A DNA stretch of 64,000 nt from an uncultured Eubacterium sp. (GTDB taxonomy: Bacteria > Bacillota > Clostridia > Lachnospirales > Lachnospiraceae). Within the stretch, counting starts at the first letter, position 1, and every line of letters begins with the position of its first letter. The notes beneath the pieces are model-generated. The model was not told the DNA's origin. It saw nothing but the letters and a program-made list of their open reading frames with translations, and did no database searches. The stretch lies in assembly GCA_910586445.1 (NCBI GenBank), contig CAJUHV010000005.1, positions 6,108 to 70,107 on the forward strand. Reading direction: 5' to 3'. Position numbers and translations under genes: made by a program. This document shows positions 34,831 to 44,208 of the stretch, in pieces.

Positions 34831-36099
34831 TTACACCAACTGCGTCATCGCGCCCAGCAGAATGCCGATATTATCTTCGTAAATCTGCGCAAACTGGCTC
34901 ATTGGCAGCGGATTCGTGCCTCTTCCGACTTCTACTGTATATCCCGGCAGGTTGTATTCCTGTATAAACCAGTCTTTATAGCCGGCGTAGCCAGAAGCAG
35001 CCGGTGTCTCTTCCACCGCATAGCCGCTGACCTCGCCAAAATATCTGGCAATCCGGTAGGAATTATCCGGCTCGTAATCCAGATATTTCCAGTATATGAC
35101 CTCACCCTGTGTATGGTAGGCCAAAATCAGCTCGAAGCTGCTCCTCTTTGTATAGTCATATACGGCCCTGCTTTCCGGCGCAGATAAAGGTGCCTCACCG
35201 ACGAAATCTCTTGGAGCAGGCGACTCATATCCCTGTTCATATTTGATTTCCTTGGCCTCCTCCCATCCTGCCGGAAACTGGAGATTGAGGTCAACACCCT
35301 CAATATTTGCTTTCCATCCCTGTGGAAACGGGATATGCGGATAGTCTTCGGCAATCTGCTCTGCCTGTTTACGATACTCTTCCTGATCCAGAACACCTGT
35401 CACCAGATCCACGCCGTCAGGATTGACCAATGGCAGCATTGACAATGTAAATCCGTAATACAGCCAGGATGCACGCACACCATACAGCTGCCCGCCCTGT
35501 GCCACTGCCTGTGCATATTCTTCTGCAAACTTTAAAAGAACCGGCGTCGTAATCCACTCGTTTGCATGAAATGCGGCATTGTAAAATACCTGCCTTCTGC
35601 CCTCCCCGATGTGCAGAGCGGTCAGCCTGCGCCCCATTACGCTGCTGCCGACCGGTTCCTCATGCAGAAACGGATAGCGTACCATAAGCCCTTCTAAAAT
35701 CCAGTCTGTCAGCATAGAAGAATAATCGACCTCTTCTGATACCAGCGGAAAGTCATATGGTATGATCAGCACAGTTCCTGCCTGCATATTCTGCGGATCT
35801 ACAGTCGGATTCGCCGTCACGATTCTGCGCACGTTCGAATGCAGCCGCTGTGCCAGCTCCCAAAAGGTATCTCCCTCTTTAACCTGATAGGTCGTATACC
35901 CTTTCAAATAAGGCAGCAGCCGTCCCCACTGCGGCTTTTCAATCTCGCACGGATGCTCTCCGCCCAAAAAAGCCTGCAGTGCCGTACAGGTCTTTTCACC
36001 AAATATCCCGTCTATTACGGCCGGATGGCCCGCACGTGTCAATGCAAGCTGGACATACTGCACCAAAGTTCCTCTGTCTCCAGGATACAATTCCTTCAT
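34831..36099 (-). CDS. M14-family metallocarboxypeptidase (gamma-D-glutamyl-meso-DAP peptidase-like) with PG_binding_1 and LysM domains
   Basis: PG-binding repeat (VQYVQLALTRAGH...DGIFGEKT), LysM (YQVKEGDTFWELAQR), and M14 zinc motif FHANEW. Start set at the ATG at 36099, which follows GGAG. Confidence 0.75.
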   Translation of the reverse strand: MKELYPGDRGTLVQYVQLALTRAGHPAVIDGIFGEKTCTALQAFLGGEHPCEIEKPQWGRLLPYLKGYTTYQVKEGDTFWELAQRLHSNVRRIVTANPTVDPQNMQAGTVLIIPYDFPLVSEEVDYSSMLTDWILEGLMVRYPFLHEEPVGSSVMGRRLTALHIGEGRRQVFYNAAFHANEWITTPVLLKFAEEYAQAVAQGGQLYGVRASWLYYGFTLSMLPLVNPDGVDLVTGVLDQEEYRKQAEQIAEDYPHIPFPQGWKANIEGVDLNLQFPAGWEEAKEIKYEQGYESPAPRDFVGEAPLSAPESRAVYDYTKRSSFELILAYHTQGEVIYWKYLDYEPDNSYRIARYFGEVSGYAVEETPAASGYAGYKDWFIQEYNLPGYTVEVGRGTNPLPMSQFAQIYEDNIGILLGAMTQLV

Positions 36100-36222
36100 A
36101 TTTGCTGCTCCATTTCCAGCAATATAATGCCATGCATTATATGCCGGACAGTTTTTTTTATTATATGCCGATCCATGCATGTATGTGCATTTTCATAAAC
36201 TTATCATATACAATGTTAAAAC

Positions 36223-37464
36223 CTATTCCACATATTTACAAGACTTCTGGAACAGGAAAAAGCCGAGAATAAACAGCACAATCAAAGACCCTACTCCATA
36301 ATTAATATTATTCGTCAGCTGGCTTGTAACGCTCACAAGCATCGTTCCCAAAAAGGATGCTCCCTTTCCGCATATATCAAAGATCCCAAAATATTCTCCC
36401 GATTTTTCCGGCGGTATGATTTTTGCAAAATGAGACCGCGACAGCGCCTGTACCCCTCCCTGGAACATGCCGACACATACTGCCAGTATCCAAAATTTGG
36501 GCTGTGAATCCAGTGTAAATGCAAAAACGGATATAAATGTATAGGCGGCTATACAGATCGAAATCAGCCGCTTTGCCGGATACCTGCCGGAAAGCCTGCC
36601 AAAAATAAGCGTAGACGGAAACGCTGTTATCTGTGTCAGAAGCAAAGCCAATAAAAGCCCGGTTGTATCAAGTCCCAGCGCAGTGCCATAGGCAGTCGCC
36701 ATATCAATGATCGTGTATACGCCGTCAATATAGCAGAAAAAAGCGAGCAGAAAGACAAACACCGCTTTCTCCTGTTTTATGTTTTTCATTGTATCTGCCA
36801 GCCTGCGAAAACTGCTGCACACTATCTGCCGCTGCACTCCTACGTAGTGTGTCTGCTTATAGGAAACCAGCAGCGGAATCGTAGAGGCCAGCCACCACAA
36901 CGCAGATAATACAAATGCAAAGGTCATTGCAGCCATCTGCCCGATTCCAAAGCGGCTGCCAGACAGCACAACGAACAGGCCGATCACAAACGGAATGCAG
37001 CTGCCGATATACCCAAACGCAAATCCTCTTGAAGACACTTCATCCATACGATCGGATGATGTAACATCCGAAAGCATTGCATCGTAAAAAATCAGACTGG
37101 AAGAATACCCGCATTTTGCAATGACATAAACAGCCAGAAATACAATCCAGGAGCTGGTAAATCCTAAAAACATGCAGCCTGCCACACCTATCAGCATACT
37201 GATCATAAATACAGGCTTTTTAAATCCCTGAAAATCTGTAATCGTGCCCAGTACCGGCCCCAGAAGTGCTACTATTATCGTGACTGCAGAAGTCGCATAT
37301 CCCCAGTATGCCAGATAATCTGTCGAAGAAATCCCCGCCTGCTGAGCAATTGCATTAAAATAAATCGGCAGCAGCGTAGAGACTAACAATATAAATGCCG
37401 AGTTTCCAACATCGTATAAGATCCATGCTTTTTCCATCTTGGTTAACTTTATTTTATCTGGCAT
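36223..37464 (-). CDS. MFS transporter (UMF1/Atg22-like family)
   Basis: 12-TM profile. N-terminus EKAWILYDVGNSAFILLVSTLLPIYF is typical of UMF1-type MFS proteins. AAGGAG RBS. Confidence 0.75.
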   Translation of the reverse strand: MPDKIKLTKMEKAWILYDVGNSAFILLVSTLLPIYFNAIAQQAGISSTDYLAYWGYATSAVTIIVALLGPVLGTITDFQGFKKPVFMISMLIGVAGCMFLGFTSSWIVFLAVYVIAKCGYSSSLIFYDAMLSDVTSSDRMDEVSSRGFAFGYIGSCIPFVIGLFVVLSGSRFGIGQMAAMTFAFVLSALWWLASTIPLLVSYKQTHYVGVQRQIVCSSFRRLADTMKNIKQEKAVFVFLLAFFCYIDGVYTIIDMATAYGTALGLDTTGLLLALLLTQITAFPSTLIFGRLSGRYPAKRLISICIAAYTFISVFAFTLDSQPKFWILAVCVGMFQGGVQALSRSHFAKIIPPEKSGEYFGIFDICGKGASFLGTMLVSVTSQLTNNINYGVGSLIVLFILGFFLFQKSCKYVE

Positions 37465-37492
37465 ATTTTATCTCCTTAAATACATATAACGC

Positions 37493-38497
37493 TTATTCAG
37501 ATAAAAAGGCAAAAACCTCATCGTAAAACTGCCGCATTGCCCGTTCCCCTGCGTTAAATATCTCATGCTTTGCGTTTACAAACCAGACAAGCCTTGCCTT
37601 CGGCAGCTTTCCTGCAAACCTGCAGATCTCATCGGTATTTACCATATGCTCCCTGCCTGCTGCAAACACGAGTACCGGGATTTTAATGCGCCGGATACTG
37701 CGCTCATGCTGCATATAAGCCGAAGCCAGCCCGGCAGCTGACACCCAGCCATAGGTTGCCCCGCATGTCTGGCTGCGCCTGTCCTTTTTCCTCTTTCCAT
37801 GCGCATACAGATAGCGTTCCTCTGACAGGCAGCAGCTGTGCTCAAAATCCGGCTCTCTATGAAAGCCCTCCTGTCCGGCTGCATACATCCTGCCAAGTCC
37901 GCACAGGCGGAACAGATGTGCGATCACGATCGCAGCCGGATAAGGCACTCCTCCGATTTTCATCTGAATCATCGGCGAGGATAATACCGCCTTTTTAAAA
38001 TCATAAGGATACCTCTGTAAATATACCGCACCGATACCTCCACCCATAGAATGTGCAAATAAATACATTTCATTCCGGCAGGGCATGACGAATTTTTTTA
38101 CAAATATATGCAGGTCGCGCACATATTCTGCAAAATTTTTCACATATACCTTATCCAGATTCTGCATCTTACGTTCCGACCTGCCATGGCCGCGGTGTTC
38201 CGGCAGAAACACGCAGTAGCCTGCCTGCAGAAAATAAAAAACCATTTCATTGTATTTTTCTGCAAATTCGCTAAATCCATGCGAAATCACGATACTGCCT
38301 TTTGCTTCTTTCTGCATATACGTCACAAAAAAAATCTGTGTCCCGTCAAAACTTGTAAAACTGCCGCAGCGGCGGTACTTACGCAGATATGGCTCCACCA
38401 CCTTTTTCATATTTTTACGATATCCTGCCTCAGGCAGGTAATAAATCTGTGTCTTTTTATTCTCAGTCTGTGCCATTTTTTCAAAACCTATTTCCAT
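37493..38497 (-). CDS. alpha/beta hydrolase (lysophospholipase/monoglyceride lipase-like)
   Basis: HGFSEF oxyanion region, nucleophile elbow AHSMGG, and a C-terminal His region (NAKHEIF). Confidence 0.7.
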   Translation of the reverse strand: MEIGFEKMAQTENKKTQIYYLPEAGYRKNMKKVVEPYLRKYRRCGSFTSFDGTQIFFVTYMQKEAKGSIVISHGFSEFAEKYNEMVFYFLQAGYCVFLPEHRGHGRSERKMQNLDKVYVKNFAEYVRDLHIFVKKFVMPCRNEMYLFAHSMGGGIGAVYLQRYPYDFKKAVLSSPMIQMKIGGVPYPAAIVIAHLFRLCGLGRMYAAGQEGFHREPDFEHSCCLSEERYLYAHGKRKKDRRSQTCGATYGWVSAAGLASAYMQHERSIRRIKIPVLVFAAGREHMVNTDEICRFAGKLPKARLVWFVNAKHEIFNAGERAMRQFYDEVFAFLSE

Positions 38498-38520
38498 CTA
38501 AATCTAAAAACAAATACTTT

Positions 38521-39249
38521 TTACCCGCACACCTTACGCGCCAGCTTAGGATCATTTGTAATGATCGCGTCTGCCCCATATTCACAGAGCATATGCATAT
38601 ACGATTCCTCATTGACCGTCCAGACATGCACTTTTTTCTGCCTCCTGCGGCAGTCCTCAAAAAATCCGGGATACTGTACATTATAAAGTGCAGGGTGCAG
38701 GGCATCTGCCTGTACGAGATCCGCTGCATAATCTACTACCCCGATCCATCCGTCCTGATAAAGAATGCCTGTTTTCGCGTACGGCTCCAGCCTGCGGACA
38801 GCCTGCATGCTGTAATGATTAAAGGAAGAATAAATCACACGCTCCTGCATGCCCATATCCCGCGTAAGCTGCAGCACCTTTTTTTCAATATCCGGGTAAA
38901 ACACTACTCCTGTTTTTAGTTCTACATTTACCGTAAGCTCTGTCGGCGCGATCAATGCATACACTTCCTCCAGTGTCGGAATATACTGTACACCGTATGC
39001 CGGAAATTTTTTGTTTATATTGATATGCCTCAGTTCATTGTACGTAAAATCCTTTACCCAGCCCTTTACCCCGCCAAGGCGCTCCAGAGTTTCGTCATGT
39101 ATGACAGCCAGAACACCGTCTTTTGTCATCTGCACGTCCAGCTCAATTCCATCCGCGTTCATCTCCACGGCCTGCCGGAATGCCTCCAGTGTATTTTCCG
39201 GCGCATATGCGCTGGCTCCGCGGTGTGCCCACACTTTTGTCTTATTCAT
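38521..39249 (-). CDS. glycerophosphodiester phosphodiesterase (GDPD family)
   Basis: VWAHRGASAYAPENTLEAF...GIELDVQMTKDGVLAVIHDETLER. Start set at the ATG at 39249 (MNKTK). Confidence 0.85.
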   Translation of the reverse strand: MNKTKVWAHRGASAYAPENTLEAFRQAVEMNADGIELDVQMTKDGVLAVIHDETLERLGGVKGWVKDFTYNELRHININKKFPAYGVQYIPTLEEVYALIAPTELTVNVELKTGVVFYPDIEKKVLQLTRDMGMQERVIYSSFNHYSMQAVRRLEPYAKTGILYQDGWIGVVDYAADLVQADALHPALYNVQYPGFFEDCRRRQKKVHVWTVNEESYMHMLCEYGADAIITNDPKLARKVCG

Positions 39250-39296
39250 CAAATCTCCGCTGCCTCCCATTTTGTTTTTTGTTTTTCATGCATTTT

Positions 39297-40898
39297 CTAA
39301 AGCTGGTCCAACAGGCCCCTGAGACCCTCACGCTCATAGACAGCCCTGTAATACTCGACCTGTTCACGTATGATCTCATCAATCACCTGCATGCCGAGCA
39401 GCTCCACCGGTGCCCGGTCATCCGTCAGCAGGTAATCTCCCGGCTCGTAGGCATCCAGTCCCGCCGCCACACGGTCCATCAGCTCTGTCAGCTCAAAATC
39501 CGCAGACAATGCCATATTATCATGCATGGCCTCCAGCATATGCGGCGATTTTGAGGCAAACAGCTCACGGTTCGTAGATCCCGGGACATCGATTGTATAT
39601 ACATTTTTAAATACCTGCGAGATTGTATCCGCCAGATACTGGTTCATATTTCCTTCTTTACTGCCGCGCATATTCATATTTACGACCATTACGCCGTCAT
39701 CTGCCAGATGATTCTGCACTAAGTAAAAAAACTCCACAGAAGACATCTGAAACGGGATCGTAATGTCCTGATAAGCATCTACCATGATGACATCGTATTT
39801 TTTATCCACAGCATTTAAATAAGCCCTGCCGTCGTAGGTCGTAACCGGTATATCTTCTGGCAGCTCGAAATAGCGTCCTGCCAGATCTGTGATCTTTTCG
39901 TCGATTTCCACGCCCTCGATCTGCATATTGTAAAAATAACGCTCACACTGTGAAGCGAATGTCCCTGTTCCCATGCCGAGTATCAGCACATCCATCTGCT
40001 CTTTTTCATAAACGCCTGCCATAAAAGGTGCGGCCAAGGCATAATCATAATACATTCCGGTCAGCCCATGATCCTTTTTCATAATCGACTGCACGCCGAA
40101 TAGTACATTTGTAGATAAAATCACACTGTCCTCGTCTTCCTTTACCTGCAGGTAATTATACACCGACTCCCCTTCATAGGCCAGCCCTTTTTCCCAGAAT
40201 GCAAAACTGCCCGATGACCCGAATATACAGCAGAGTACAAAAATAAGTATGCCAAGGCCGATCTTTTTCCCGCCTCTTTTTGCTGACAAAAAGTAGATAA
40301 ACGCCAATGCAAGCAGTATGCCTGCAAAGATCAGAAATGTCATAGAAGTACCGACTGCCGGAATTGTAACAAAAGTCGGCAGAAATGTACCGAGAATGCT
40401 GCCGATTGTATTAAACGCATTCAGCATGCCTACCGTCCTGCCGTTGTCTGAAAGGCTGTCTACCGTATACTTTACCAGAGACGGCGTGACTGTGCCGAGC
40501 AGGAACAGCGGGAACACAAAAATAACCATACAGGCAGAAAATGCCGCCCAGATTAAAAATTTGCTGCTGACCGTAAAAATAAGCAGCGCCGAGATTCCCA
40601 GTATAATATATTTTCCAACAACCGGTATGGCTGCAATCCACAGTGCCGCCAGAATCATTCTCGCATACAGTCTGTCCGGGTCAGGATTTTGATCCGCTTT
40701 TTTTCCTCCATAGATATTGCCGAGCGCCATTGCAATCATAATTGTTCCAATAATAATCGTCCAGACAATCTGAGAAGAACTAAAATAAGGAGCAAGCAGA
40801 CGGCTTGCCCCCAATTCCACTGCCATGACAGACATCCCGGCAAAAAATTCCGTGAGGTACAGATAAGTTTTATTCTGCAATATACGTGCCTTTTCCAT
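39297..40898 (-). CDS. fused polytopic membrane / spermidine-synthase-like (class I methyltransferase fold) protein
   Basis: About 7 N-terminal TM helices, then VLILGMGTGTF...VEIDEKI...DVIMVDAYQD. The start is uncertain: ATG at 40898, with the listed ORF running to 40982. Confidence 0.65.
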   Translation of the reverse strand: MEKARILQNKTYLYLTEFFAGMSVMAVELGASRLLAPYFSSSQIVWTIIIGTIMIAMALGNIYGGKKADQNPDPDRLYARMILAALWIAAIPVVGKYIILGISALLIFTVSSKFLIWAAFSACMVIFVFPLFLLGTVTPSLVKYTVDSLSDNGRTVGMLNAFNTIGSILGTFLPTFVTIPAVGTSMTFLIFAGILLALAFIYFLSAKRGGKKIGLGILIFVLCCIFGSSGSFAFWEKGLAYEGESVYNYLQVKEDEDSVILSTNVLFGVQSIMKKDHGLTGMYYDYALAAPFMAGVYEKEQMDVLILGMGTGTFASQCERYFYNMQIEGVEIDEKITDLAGRYFELPEDIPVTTYDGRAYLNAVDKKYDVIMVDAYQDITIPFQMSSVEFFYLVQNHLADDGVMVVNMNMRGSKEGNMNQYLADTISQVFKNVYTIDVPGSTNRELFASKSPHMLEAMHDNMALSADFELTELMDRVAAGLDAYEPGDYLLTDDRAPVELLGMQVIDEIIREQVEYYRAVYEREGLRGLLDQL

Positions 40899-41009
40899 AA
40901 TTTCTGCCTTTCTTAAAGTGTAGATCTTCACACACTTTCTATCCACTGGTAACATCATATCAAATTCTGGCATTTCTGGCAATCATTGTTTTGCATTCAT
41001 TTTCTGCAT

Positions 41010-42371
41010 TTATTTTTTTCCTAATGCAAATGAGATCCGCCCGCATAGGTACAGCGGCACGGTATGTCTTTTTTCTGCAGTCCCTCCGTAGGTACGTTTC
41101 AGATTATATACAATATCCAGCTTTCCCCTCTCCAGCAGCGCATTTGCCGTATGGGACTGATTTTTGCCGCGCTTTACCTCCAGACCGTAATTCCAGCTGT
41201 CGATCCGGCTTTTGACATAAAAATCCAGCTCCCCGCTTGTCTTTTTATCAACCGCAAACCAAGGTGCCTGCCCGGCAATCTCACGCTTTCTGATCCGCTC
41301 AAGCAGCTCCAGATAGACAAAGTTTTCACACAATACGCCATCTATGACTTCCTTGGATTCACCGGTCAGCTTCAAAAAATACCCCGCTGCACCCAGATCA
41401 CTGAAATAATAGCGGCAGTTATCTACAATATCCAGGTTGCTGCAGTCCACGCTCATGCTGCAGTATCCGATCTGGTGTGACAGATACAGCCAGCTGATCG
41501 CATAATTTGTCATTTTTTTTGGAATGCGCCCGCTTTCTTCCTTAAATACAATTTTGGTCAGTGCCGTCGTCAGGTCTGAAATGCCCTTTTTTTCTTTTAA
41601 AAGGGTGATCGCTATTGACGAAAATACTTTTTCAAACATTTCCAGCTCAAGCGGCCCTTCAAAGTATTTTGACGACTCCTTTACAAATATGCGGATCAGG
41701 TTTTCAATAATTTCTTCGCATTCCCTCAGATCATGATTTTCCAGATACGTAGTCACTACCTCTGGATAGCCCCCGATCTGTAAATAGATCTCAAAGCACC
41801 CGCGCAGCTGGTCATAGAGCGCATGATCCGAATGCCCGTACAAATCCAGCTCTTCATATAGCCGGCGCATGCCGAATGCTTCTACAAACTCGGGAAACGA
41901 CAGTGTCGTCATCGTAAGCGTATCGATATCTCCCGCTGACAGAAAATATTCCTTCTCCCGCGTCTTGCCCAGATAAGAACCAGTGACAATAAAACGCGCT
42001 TTAAAATCCCTTGCAAACTCCCTGATCCTGCTGTATACAACAGCCGACTCCTGTATTTCGTCAATGACAATCAGCATGTCTTCATCATCTACAAAGCCTG
42101 CCTCAAACAGCTGGAATGCCTTGTGGATCGGATTTACTTCCCGCTTCTGTCCCGGCTCCCATCTTCCGGCAGCCTCCAGGCATTTTAAAAAGTCTGCCCC
42201 GGAAGAACCTGCCATATTAATATATATATGCTTTTTATACTCATTATCTGCAAATTTATTTAAAATATAAGTCTTGCCTACCTGCCTCGCCCCTTCCAGC
42301 TCTAACACCTTGTGGGTTTTCTTTTGTTTCCAAGCAAGAAGTCTCTGATAAATATCCCGTTTTAGTTCCAT
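41010..42371 (-). CDS. AAA-family ATP-binding protein with a DUF4143-like C-terminus
   Basis: P-loop GARQVGKT, Walker B LIVIDEIQ. The overall layout is typical of the widespread AAA_14/DUF4143 ATPases. Confidence 0.7.
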   Translation of the reverse strand: MELKRDIYQRLLAWKQKKTHKVLELEGARQVGKTYILNKFADNEYKKHIYINMAGSSGADFLKCLEAAGRWEPGQKREVNPIHKAFQLFEAGFVDDEDMLIVIDEIQESAVVYSRIREFARDFKARFIVTGSYLGKTREKEYFLSAGDIDTLTMTTLSFPEFVEAFGMRRLYEELDLYGHSDHALYDQLRGCFEIYLQIGGYPEVVTTYLENHDLRECEEIIENLIRIFVKESSKYFEGPLELEMFEKVFSSIAITLLKEKKGISDLTTALTKIVFKEESGRIPKKMTNYAISWLYLSHQIGYCSMSVDCSNLDIVDNCRYYFSDLGAAGYFLKLTGESKEVIDGVLCENFVYLELLERIRKREIAGQAPWFAVDKKTSGELDFYVKSRIDSWNYGLEVKRGKNQSHTANALLERGKLDIVYNLKRTYGGTAEKRHTVPLYLCGRISFALGKK

Positions 42372-42530
42372 GCTTCACCGCCTCGGCCTGATTGTTATTT
42401 CGCATCTTACAAACTTCATTATATGTAAAATAACAAATATGAACTAATAATTCAATACAGAATTTAAAATTTATAAACAATTTATAGTTAAAAGCCCCTG
42501 CTTCTAAACTCATAATTTTACCTATGTTCC

Positions 42531-42559
42531 TTGATACATCATAAAATAAATGGTATAAT
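42531..42559 (+). promoter_or_regulatory. candidate sigmaA promoter for the Zn-ribbon / hemerythrin pair
   Basis: TTGATA (42531..42536), 17 nt, TATAAT (42554..42559). Confidence 0.5.
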
Positions 42560-42592
42560 ATTCATAAAGTCTAAAAAAAGTCAGGTGTGAAG

Positions 42593-42817
42593 ATGAAAAA
42601 TTCGAAAAAATGTCCAAAATGCAGCAGCTCGGATATCATTATAGTAGACGGGTATACAGGTGCATATGGCAGTGGAAACAACATTATCACCGGATATTCG
42701 ATATTCTCCGGTGTGGGCATAGACCGGTATATATGCTGCAGCTGCGGCTTTACCGAAGAATGGATTGCAGTCGATCAGATCGAAAAGATAAGAAAATCCA
42801 AGAAATCACATACGTAA
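42593..42817 (+). CDS. small zinc-ribbon protein
   Basis: CPKC...CCSC pairs 50 residues apart. AGGTG RBS before the ATG at 42593. Confidence 0.55.
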   Translation: MKNSKKCPKCSSSDIIIVDGYTGAYGSGNNIITGYSIFSGVGIDRYICCSCGFTEEWIAVDQIEKIRKSKKSHT

Positions 42818-42859
42818 ATATTTCTAATGTCATAAATAAATTGAAGGAAGGAGAATGAG

Positions 42860-43741
42860 ATGACAGAAATACAATGGAATGATCGTCTCGGCATTGGCGT
42901 AGATCAGATTGACAACGCGCACAAGAAGCTCTTTGCCATCATAAACCGGATGATCAAGTTAAACGAAGACCCGAAAAACCAAAAATTAATCTGCGAGGAA
43001 GGCATCAAATATTTTAAAAACTATACATTGAGGCATTTTGCAGAAGAAGAAGCATACATGCAGTCCATCGGCTATAAAAAATATGACCTGCACAAGCGGC
43101 TGCACGAAAACCTGCGCAGCATAACACTGCCGATTCTGGAACAGGAGGTCATAGAAGCAGAATACTCATTTGAATCTGTCCAGCATTTTATTAATGTCTG
43201 CCTTGCCTGGCTGAATCAGCACATTTTGTCAGAAGACCGCTCAATCAGCGGCCGGGTGCCGATACGGAATGATTTTATATGCTCACAGGACGAAGTACAT
43301 AATCTGGCTGTCACTACAGCAGAATCCATTGAAAATATTTTAGGTCTAAAAGCGCAGACCGCCAGCGAATATTACCGTGGGGAAAATATCGGCAGCTCCA
43401 TCTTTTACCGCATGACCTACCGCATCGGTGCTGACCGGCCGGTTCTTGTGTACCTCGGCTTTGAAGAAAAACTGATTCTTGCCACAGCCAAAGCACTGAC
43501 AGGCACGCAGGTCAATAAAGCCGCGCAGATACCGATTTCTGCCGTTTCAGATCTGTCAAAACAGATGATACATGAAATCGGAAAACATATCCCGCAGTCA
43601 GAAGATTATAAGCTGGAAAAAGAAAATATCTTATCGTACGACCTGCTGCTAAAGACTTTTCAGAATACCTATCCTCCGTACAGCCTGCTGTTTCGCACAA
43701 ACGAAGGATATTTTGTATTCTGCATTTATATAAAGCCGTAA
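42860..43741 (+). CDS. hemerythrin-like metal-binding domain protein with a ~160-aa C-terminal domain of uncertain family
   Basis: The N-terminus WNDRLGIGVDQIDNAHKKLF...HFAEEEAYM...HKRLHE has the bacteriohemerythrin His/Glu ligand pattern. AAGGAG RBS. Confidence 0.7.
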   Translation: MTEIQWNDRLGIGVDQIDNAHKKLFAIINRMIKLNEDPKNQKLICEEGIKYFKNYTLRHFAEEEAYMQSIGYKKYDLHKRLHENLRSITLPILEQEVIEAEYSFESVQHFINVCLAWLNQHILSEDRSISGRVPIRNDFICSQDEVHNLAVTTAESIENILGLKAQTASEYYRGENIGSSIFYRMTYRIGADRPVLVYLGFEEKLILATAKALTGTQVNKAAQIPISAVSDLSKQMIHEIGKHIPQSEDYKLEKENILSYDLLLKTFQNTYPPYSLLFRTNEGYFVFCIYIKP

Positions 43742-43764
43742 CAGCATATATCATTGAGCACATA

Positions 43765-44193
43765 TCATTGATTCATTTCTGCTTTTAGATATGCTGTAAT
43801 TTCCGCAAGCATTTCATCCACAGACAGCCTGACTGCTCCTATTACGATATTGTCACAACGGTTTACCGTGGGCATCGGGATCAGCAGCCTCTTGGCAGCA
43901 CTCTGTCCGACCGAGCGCGCCATGCGGGGCGTAACCTCCCCAAACAGCGCATCGGCAATTACGATACCGATCGGCCCGATGATTAGATCCGCCCGCCGGC
44001 AGCCTGTAATAACCGCATTTTCACCGGTCGCCGCATGGTCTGCCCCTGCTTTTAACATATTTGATGTTGCAATCGCATTCGTACCTACGGCAGTGATTAT
44101 AATCTTAGGAAACTCTTTTTTCACTGCCGTAATAATCTGTCTGCCAAGTCCTCCGCCCTGCGCATCAATGACCAGCACATCGAGTTCTTTCAT
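43765..44193 (-). CDS. DUF3842-family protein
   Basis: VLVIDAQGGGLGRQ...AVGTNAIATSNMLKAGAD..ATGENA pattern, as recalled for DUF3842. AAGGAGG RBS. Confidence 0.55.
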   Translation of the reverse strand: MKELDVLVIDAQGGGLGRQIITAVKKEFPKIIITAVGTNAIATSNMLKAGADHAATGENAVITGCRRADLIIGPIGIVIADALFGEVTPRMARSVGQSAAKRLLIPMPTVNRCDNIVIGAVRLSVDEMLAEITAYLKAEMNQ

Positions 44194-44208
44194 CCGGCCC
44201 TGTCCTCC

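Noticed and set aside
33797-35187. Plus-strand ORFs of 212 aa (33797..34435) and 189 aa (34618..35187), plus several shorter ones, rich in Phe/Leu/Ser
   Set aside because: They are translations of the T-rich repeat tracts and of the antisense strand of real minus-strand genes. They have no RBS and extreme low-complexity composition.
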